Shown piece by piece: positions 51,644 to 64,000 of a stretch of DNA of 64,000 nucleotides. Position 1 is the first letter of the stretch, and each line of letters begins with the position of its first letter. The stretch covers positions 15,252,001-15,316,000 of the forward strand of contig NC_092671.1 in NCBI RefSeq assembly GCF_964355755.1, read 5' to 3'. A program made the position numbers and the translations under genes. The notes below the pieces were generated by a model. That model had not been told where the DNA came from. It saw nothing but the letters and a program-made list of their open reading frames with translations, and did no database searches. Source of the stretch: Antedon mediterranea. Taxonomy: Eukaryota > Animalia > Echinodermata.

Positions 51644-54600
51644 AACTGTGTAAGAGTCGAATACAGTAGTACGCGTCGTCTGATGCCAAAACCATGAAGA
51701 AATATTGCTATTTATAAGCCATATTTGTTCAAATAATTGCAAAATAGGTTTGCTGATACATGCTTTCCAAATCATTGAACCCAGATTTGTTGGGAGACTG
51801 AACAATGTGTTGCTTTTTCCAGGATTGGTGAAGGCACCTGCTGTCCTGAATCAGTGTCAACTATTTGCTGTGTAATATGTAAATCAAGTCAAATGCACAA
51901 TGAGCCAATCAGTGGTCTGGGCAATATATAGGTATGCCAAACTGCAGGCTTGAAATAGAAAAATGTAGTTTGTGTAAAGTGTCATTTCAATCCATGGTAT
52001 AGTTTCAACGCCTTTATAATAACCATTTATTTTAAAGTGATGTACAACTTGCTATCATTTGTGTATGTATGTTGAAAACAATTAGCAAATAATAAAACAA
52101 AAGATGACACAGGAGAAAATGTTCATCAGATCTATTGGAATACTATAGCCTCACATTGATCTGTACAACGAATGAGAAATACATGTATTCCATTTAAATT
52201 ACACAAGGTATGTACAGAGTTAACAACACATGGCGAACAACAAACATTATAGTGCTACCCTCTTACAGACATTCCCTACACCAATCGTGATTAAGTGCAT
52301 CCACAACTAACGATCGGTTTACGCTCAGCCTAGCACGCAACATACCAGCGCACGTTGCGAATAACGTGGCAATAGGATGGTACGTGCCACCGGCTGATGC
52401 GTCTTGTTACTGGGCATCGGCGTATGTCACTAAATTAAGTGCACATCGCTTATTAGGAGTAGTCCCAATGTCCGCAATCACCACCCCTCCCCGTTGTTTA
52501 TTTATTCACCAAATTGAAATAAAATGCCAATAATATGAAACTGGGTAGAGACAGGATACAAAACAACTATATGCATTTACTATTGCCATCATACTATCAT
52601 TGTTAAAATGTAAATAAAATAATGACATGTGGGAAATTGACATAACAATCGCTACATGGTTTAAAATGCTTAAAACTAAGAAGCCTCGTAAACCTCACAA
52701 CACCATACAATTAATACATATAATAATGTTTTAAAATAACGATATCGACAAATTGGTCAAAAAACACTTCCGGAATTTACAAATACAGCAATGTGAAATA
52801 AACCCCAATAAATTAGAAATGAAAACAATTTGATACAACTAATGAAAGAGGAGCACCCACAAACCACTTATGTTAGTGCAAGGCATTGGTAGCATGTAAT
52901 GCTGTACTTAGATCTTAGTAATCACTTCTTTCACTTACATATTGGCCCGGTAAGTAGCACCTTAATTGTTTACACATCAAATTAAACTTTTACAAAAGGA
53001 AAATTATGAGCTCATAATAGCATGTTATATTATATCAACAGTTTGGTTTTTCTAAACTTATCTTATCAGTTAATTTCAATCAAGTTGATTTATACATGGT
53101 TTTGGCTTACACAAAATATAGTGGTGTATTGCATGAGACTTGATTGGTACATAGCTAGCTCCCAAAATGATGCACTCTACTAAACCATTAGTAAAATATC
53201 ATAGCCGAATGAAAAACGAGACTAGGTATGCATTTGATGAAATGGGTCAGTCTCTAATGCGTATGAATATATTGCAATGGAAAAAGGAGTTAAAAAGTGA
53301 CAACGTCCTGATGGTTGGCATACACATCAGCATGTGCGCGAAACCCATAAGTTTATGGGTATTGTCTATTTTACGGTGTTGGGTAATAAAGATGATTAGT
53401 ATAATGATTGGCAATCTGATGTTCCAAAAATTGTGTACTATCATTATTGAACTTCTAATGGTATTGACTGAACAACCGACAAATCACGATAATTTTGTTG
53501 TTAATTGACCATGATTACCAAATAATCCATTTAAGGTAATGTACCACAATATGTTGCTCTACTTGTGGCATAGCAACACATATTTGGAACACACCAAAAG
53601 TGGAAATACCAAATGAGCAGTATGTACAAAAAAGGTTACACTGTATCCACCATTAGAAATATATCAAACCATGGTATTTACAGCACCACCATATAGTGGT
53701 GTACAATTACCAATGTACCCATGTACCAATATAGTGGTGTACAATAACCAATGTACTTTAACTGAAATATCTACTACACCATATACAAGGTACTTTTTCC
53801 ATACATCATATACTATGTGGTACATACATCAATGTAAAGGTGTACACACTACCATTGTAGTACACTATCAAAAACAAGATATGGATACTTTGAAAAAGTT
53901 AGCTTATTTCCGATTCATCAAATGAGTTCGCGGTTTTATGTGGATATCCCAACAAGAAGAAAAAAATGCACTTTACCAATTGTTCACATTAAGCTCAGTT
54001 TTCTTAAAACAACAAGGTATACAAGAGTGGTACCAATCATGCCTACATACAATACACAACAGAGGTATGGCGTGTACATGAAACAGCCAATTTATGAATA
54101 TCATTGCACTATGCATATTCTCAACAACCAGCTGCTAAACAGCACATTAAAATAAAATAATTGTATTCTATTAAAAAAAAAACACCCTATAATGTAGCCA
54201 TCAAACAAATCAACAACTATCTAAATTGTAGTTATCCTACATGTTTGCCGATATGTCCACTCTCTCTAACGCAGTCTTGACGTTCACTGTCCAATACAAT
54301 ACAGCTTACAAACTGTAGTAAACATACATTGGTATAATAACATGACATGAAAAAAGAACAAGTGTTTTTTGAATAGTCAATCAGTGCACAAAATATGTAA
54401 GTGAGATACTGACATCTAAATTACCAGGTGGGTGTATCGTTTAAACACCAGATTTGATTCAAGGTGGATCAATTAAAAAAAACAGCACAATCTAATATTC
54501 AATCACGTATTGCTCATAATGTGGACATCATCTTGTCCGACCAGTCAAGTCATTCTAATTTATACCGATTGCTCCTTCCGTATTACAGTTAAAATTCTGG

Positions 54601-57083
54601 TTTGTTTGAAAAACCAGTAAAAATCATTAAACAATTGTAAAATGTTCAGTCAATTAGATGCAACAATACAGCACCTTTAAAATATCACATTAATAAGCTA
54701 AATAATTCAAATTTCATATATTATGAATAAAATTGCAAATTAATTTTAACAAAATAGAAAAAAAAAATCAATACAAGTCTACATTTTAAAGTGGACTGCT
54801 ATTAAACCTGTCATGTCAATAAGATAAACAGGTGACAGATACCACTAGACATCTGCCTAAAGTTTATCTCTACATTGTTAGTACAATACAACTTCTAAAT
54901 TTTATATTTTCCACAACAAAGGAATTGTTTAATTTATTAATGTTGCCTCTGTTGCTTTTACAATCTACTGAATACAGTTTCTAAAGTTAGGTGCGATTTA
55001 TTAAATATTAACAGTAGAAGCAACAGAACCCCCATCCTAATATGAATATATAGACATGTATACATATACATACATACCATCTGCACCCACTGATTCACTC
55101 GCACTTAGACACGCACGCTAACATATCCCCTTGCACACTCGCTCAGATTTCATGGGTATTGCCATAAATTGATTATACATTTGCTGGGTCTTTACTTTCC
55201 CATTAAAATTGGTTTTTTTTTAAATACCAGACAGCATGCAATAGAATGAATACAAGAACATAATTGCAATCTACTATCAGAGAAACAGATAAAAAGTATC
55301 CAGACTTGGACTTGTAGTGTACAGGAGCATAATGGCCACAATGTGTGTCAAATTTAGTATTGTATGTATTGAGTAAGGCCTTGGCAATAACAGACAATTA
55401 CCTAACAATTACAAGTATTTATCTACTAAGAAGTTGTATTCAATAAAACTTGTTCCAATGTGCAATATTGAAATGATGATACAAGATACAATGATGGGTT
55501 TCATTTTTGCATCATTCAATATTAAAATGGGACACACCATATAAAATTATGTATTATTCCAACAACCTTTGAATTGAGTGCCTAAGTGCTGGGTGTATGT
55601 ATATGCATACATATACATCTATAGATATATAATTTATATATAACTATGTCACCCCATACTGTATATACAGTAATTATTATTTATTATTATTAAAATTTCA
55701 TATAAGTAAAATTACAAATAAAAGAAGTCGTCGATGGCATGTTTCATCCAAATTAAATTTGGTCCAATGCGTTCATCAAGTAAATGTCGTATTTTGTCTA
55801 AAACATCTTAATACAGACGGGTTGGTTAATCAGTGAGTTGTACGTCACAACAATCACTGTCCATCTCAAATTAACGCGCCTTTAAAATAGTCGCATCTCA
55901 ATGAGTATGTCTTCTTAAAAAGTCAACCTAGTATTAGCCAGTCATCATAAACCAACTAGAATAGTCTAAGTGTTCACAATAGTCAGGTACGTTCACGTCC
56001 ACGAAATACAGACCACAAAACTTACAATATAAATTAACCAGACACAAGTCTATATCGCTTGTACTAGTCATTACAATTTCTACATAGGATTCTAAACATA
56101 TCTTTTTTTTTTCAATATAAAATCAGTATAGATATTGGTATTTAAGAGTTTGTAAGACACTAGCATTCACCACCCTTTAATTCATTCATTAACTCAATAA
56201 TATAACAACAAATGCTACTAGAATTGCCCAAATTAATCTTTTAACATTATTTTACTTGTTTTGTTAATAAAATACACACACAAAATGAAAAAGAAACGGA
56301 ATATACCCAGTCAAAATGATGTAATATCCATGGGTTAATGTATTACACACACCGGTATTCACAATACTTGTGAATATTTGTGGTCTCTCTACAACAAGAG
56401 GTGAAAATGAGATTGTATGTATCACAGGCTGTATTAAAATATCCAATGTAGTTAACTACATAGCTTAAACCCACAACAAAATCAACTTTTCAGTCACAAT
56501 CCGTATGATTAAATTACACTAAATGGTTTAAATTTTTAAGACATACGGTATAAGGGCATATGCCTCGTAATCGTTGTCATTTCGGCAGCAGGTTGTGCTC
56601 TGATGGTTAACAACACTGGAATTAAGGTTGACTTTCGTCTCGTCATATGTATGGCAAACTAGTCACATTACATGCTTACATACTCTTCTTCAAAAACTTA
56701 CAAAATTGCTTGTGTACATGAAACAGTCAAATTCCACGCTGCTTATGTTTTTAACGTTTCCACTTCCTTTTTCAGTCACCACCGATTTGGGAAAAACATG
56801 CAGGAATTTTGATGTTGGCCTTAGCCAGCAAGGTTAAACCGCAACTGATGGTGTAACGGTATCAATAAAGACTGCATTCATAATCATAATCATAATCATA
56901 ATCAATCTTTATTGTCCAACATTGGCTGAAGATCCCTATGATACGTCATATCTGGAACCCAGAAATCATGTACACAAAAAAAACGTACGTCTACTAACAG
57001 CACTTGATTTGTCAGGAGAGACAGAGCGGTCAAAACCGATGTCCTGCTGATGTGTGTACAAGGCTTGTATCCATGTTAACAGG

Positions 57084-60112
<3,029 letters not shown>

Positions 60113-61569
60113 CTGAAACAAAACAGAAAATAATGTTAGATAGTGTTACCGTTTACAATAAATAATGTTCAGTATTTATCTCTTACAGATATGGATATAA
60201 AGCCTAGATTCATACCAACGTAGGAAGCTACAAATGTTTTATTATATCCATTTCACTTAACACATAATGGATAATTGTGAACACTATTAAAGACACCTTT
60301 ACTAAAAATCATAATTACAATGGTCCATGTTATTTATACCATCCTATAAAATTGGATGAATGCTACATGCTATATGTAGCATGCTATATAACTTCAAATG
60401 TAGAAGACTAAATGAATGAGGACATAGAAATAGTTTTGATAAATTCCGCACAACTCAACGTGTTTATGTTTGATACGCCATTGTATGTGATACGATCTGT
60501 ATGGGAAAGAAAGGACCTTTTCACTAATACGATACCAGAGTTCACATTAAGAAAAAGGTACTACTTAAAGTCTGGTGGTATAAATAAAAAAGCGAGTTCT
60601 AAATTTAAGTACTAACTGTAACATTCAATGTTTAACTTTTAATTTTAATAACAAATTAATTCCATATAACTTAGATTTGGTTTACTTTATGCAGTACAGT
60701 ACTGTACTACATTTCATTATTGGCTTTGCACACCTTAGCGTCACTGCCTACGTAGATGCTCTTTATTTTATAAAATTTAAAAATAGACAATGTGTTCCCC
60801 AAGATATAAAAAAAGAACTATTTTGAAAAATATTAATAGCTATGGTCAGCCATACAGAAGACAAGGTACATGTACATGTTATAGCAGCTGCATTTGAGCA
60901 AAGATGAATTCAAACGTGTTCGCGCATTCGTTGCATCTAAAATAGAAGGCAGAAAAAATTAAAAATATCACAAGCGATTTCCCTTGCGTCATAAGAATAC
61001 GTCAACTGAAGTAGAAATAGAGAGGAGGAAAGTAGCCTACAATGCCAGAAACCAGAGCAATAAGGATTGTTTCAAAAGCAATTGTCTTCTTACAACTATC
61101 AATTTTAACAACAAAGCAAATCAATACATTTTGCTTACCTAAAATGATGATTAATCATGCCTTTCATTTCTACCTACCGTACCTTATTATTTTTTTAGCA
61201 CAAAAAATTTATAAATTGTTGCGTATATTTTAAATTTGCTTATATTTTAATTCCTGGAAAATTAGTAACTATTAATTAATATACTAATAATTTTTGCAAA
61301 TAATATTTAAAATAGTACAGTACCTTAATTCAATATTTATTAGTGTATATATTTTTGTATTGATAAGTAATTAATAATGTTTATTTTTGTATTATTAATT
61401 GAATTTTAAAATGTAAACGATAATGTAGATTACATTTGCATTAGATAGAATATTACATTATACAATAGAGAGCATGATGTTGGGTGTGGCTGTATAGTGA
61501 TTACTAACTGCTTTTACTGTTTACACCATGAAGGTGCTAACTGACATAGTTATGTGATAAGAAACCTTT

Positions 61570-61890
61570 TATGCAACACCTGTAAATGCGATGTTATTGT
61601 TATCGTATAAATTTTGAATAATTTTTTGAAACTGACCAATGATGTTTGAGGTATAGATGAGCAGTTTTTTTTTCATGGTATTTACCAATGCTTATAAAAA
61701 TGGTTTAAAAATGTTGTTCTTTTTTAAACAGCACAAAAATAATTTAACATAATTATGTTGCAACAACTGTAAAAGCATTGTTATTGTATAAATTTGAATA
61801 GTTTTTTTTGTACTGACCAATGGCGATTGATAGAGTTTTTTTTGGTATTTACCCATGCTTTTTAACAGCACAAAAACAATTTAAACATGT
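61570..61890. repeat. Degenerate local tandem duplication (unit about 130-185 bp)
   Basis: tgcaaca.ctgtaaa..tgttat.gtataaatt.gaata..actgaccaat..ggtatttacc.atgctt..aacagcacaaaaa occurs twice. Confidence 0.7.
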
Positions 61891-63351
61891 TTCATAAGGA
61901 AAAGTTACAACTAGCATCCTCAACCATTCTAGCATGCCAAAATATCAAAGATATACTAGCCATAATAGATTCAGTCTATAGGGTGAACTACAGTAGGAAA
62001 CAGTGACGAGACATGAGTAAGATAGAATCTACAAGATATTAAATGTATTTTTCTGGTCAAGTTTAACTGGAACCTAAGGAAATTCGGATTAGGCTCTACA
62101 TGGACCCACAGCAGCCAGCAGTGCAGAGCCTACCAGATCAGCACACCGGGAGATGATCCCCTACTCTTTTCGAAGTGTACCAATAAGATGTGTTTTTCTT
62201 TTACAATTGAAAATATAGATTTTGTAGTATTTTTACTCTATTTTGAGAATGGCATTGAATTTAGTTCTTACATTTGATTCAGTGTAACATTAACACTTGG
62301 ACTAAATGAGGGAAAATAAAAGGGTGCATGACTGACAAAGGGGATCATAGTTGTCGGATTGGTTAATTTTGGGCAGTTGTATATTATGCAAATGTTACAT
62401 GGATTTGACAGACTTTAAACTTTGATTTGACGTTCATCATCTACAGCACACTCAACCAATGTATTTTTTGTGAAGCAGATATTTGTTTATTATATAGTCA
62501 ACAGTTGACTGTAATAATAACATTCCGATTTGATCCCTATCAAACAGCTCGAAACCACAAACACTCAACTACAGTAAACACAGTAGAATAAAGGGGGGAA
62601 TTTATAGTTCATTTTGTAATGTATTTTATCAGGATCAAACAAAATAAAAACCATTTATTACAATATCAAAAATTCAATAGAAGTAGCATCGCTATTTGTA
62701 TAGGGTAATTTGTACAAAGCATCCATTGTCTTCTTTGATGATACTAGACAATTGTAATGCCATACCAGCTGAGAGACAACCAGTATTTCCTCAGTTAATT
62801 TTAGCCATTGTATTATCCTCTTTGTCATTCTAATTAGTAGTACTTTCCATGTTGTTATTATTCAATGAGGACATGAATTTGAAATAAATACTAGATATAA
62901 AGTTGTATTATTATATTCGCTGAAACTCTCTCTCTTATAAATTTGACTATAATTATACTGTAGGAACCAATGGTTATAACGGGATAGGAATTTTATTTTT
63001 TAACACTGCATGGGTATAAATATCGGTCAGTAATAATCCACAAACAATACGTTAGTTTAAATGTACCTCTTAAATTGCATTCTACCCAATTCTTGAATGA
63101 AATAGATATATTAACTGCTGGTTTTTAGAAATTAAATGATTTATAATGACAGGTTTTAAATGTTCATAAAATAATCCTGACCTGAAAGACCCAATTACTG
63201 AAGCATGACTTGCATTTAACTAGTTCAGAAATAGTTTGCTTTTTAACTAACAAACCAATGAGCCTTATTCATACCGGACTCATTTCCAACATAGCTATTT
63301 ACGTTAAACAGACATAACCTGTAAAGCATCCACTGTATACACTATCAAACT

Positions 63352-64000
63352 ACAGTCGACTCCGTCTAAGTCAAATTTTTAGTCCTAATTCTTTCCTATA
63401 CATAACTGTAATTTTTATTTGTAAGTCAACCTCTTTTTGCGGTCTGAATACACACATTTTTTAGTGATTTATATCGAAGTCACAAATCACGAGGCAACAA
63501 CACGCTAAAAACGCTGATGAAACGTCTGTAATTTAATAAAAAAAAAACAGAGAGGTGATAATGTGGGACCATATCGGTTCTCTCAAGCAGGTTGTATAGC
63601 ATAGGCGGCATCCTATAACTCGCTTAAGTATACATCTGTGAGTTGTTTTAGAGTTGAGAACCTAATTGGCGTTTTGTGGGTACACATTTTGTGCTAGACA
63701 TTTGGCAATAAACAAGGGATATGGATTTCGAATAAGAACCGAAATGTATTTATTATTGTTACGGCCTAAACCATAAAAACAATAGTTTGTCATTGCCGAT
63801 AAAGGAGGCTTAGCATTTATTAGGCCTAGCTAGCTAACTAAGCAAACTCAATTCAAGAAGGCTCATCGTGTGGGCCACGATCGCGACAGGGTCTACTATT
63901 GTAGGCCTACAGTAGCCGTAGCGTTTAGGCCTAAGATTTTTTTACAAATCTGTAAGTCGATAATTTAAATAAAAAGTTTGAACAAAAGAGTTTATGATAA
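63352..64000. mobile_element. Left end of a probable Tc1/pogo-like DNA element, possibly inserted in a MITE fragment
   Basis: TA-CAGTCGACTCCGTCTAAGTC terminus directly after the MITE motif tacactatcaaac. The right TIR is not in the window. Confidence 0.4.

Noticed and set aside
52000-57083. Alternative GNAQ C-terminal exon or short ORFs (53167-54155) as genes
   Set aside because: No G-alpha-like peptide or coherent splice structure was seen, and the composition is UTR-like.
63510-63530. CTGATGA..GAAAC hammerhead core
   Set aside because: There is no stem II between the boxes, so it is a chance match.

Overview
AT-rich, intron-containing animal genomic DNA. It is most likely an invertebrate deuterostome such as an echinoderm (inference from the GT29/ST8Sia-like gene, TAGGCCTA-rich promoter regions and the repeat families). 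Five protein-coding loci can be reconstructed from splice signals: (1) the 5' end of an unidentified acidic-N-terminus gene on the minus strand (exons about 9938-10100 UTR, 5178-5260, 523-661); (2) a 3-exon alpha-2,8-sialyltransferase-like gene (+, 11283-15298); (3) a >30-exon coiled-coil gene tentatively FAM186-like (-, 39018-16935); (4) KIF-binding protein KIFBP (+, 40488-51643), head-to-head with gene 3; (5) the last four coding exons of G-alpha-q (-, 60112-57084) with a long 3' region. Introns are rich in non-autonomous mobile DNA: two Helentron/DINE-1-like families (one inserted into its own copy), a hAT element inside a MITE, Harbinger/ISL2EU-like elements, 5'-truncated LINEs, tRNA-derived SINEs and a 4.1 kb TIR-bounded composite carrying a 21/42-bp minisatellite. 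No prokaryotic system, CRISPR array or RNA gene is supported. The most notable observations are the nested Helentron self-insertion, the composite element with a 30-bp perfect palindrome flanked by a 7-bp duplication, a 12-nt candidate microexon with an upstream UGC motif, and atypical residues in the sialyltransferase.
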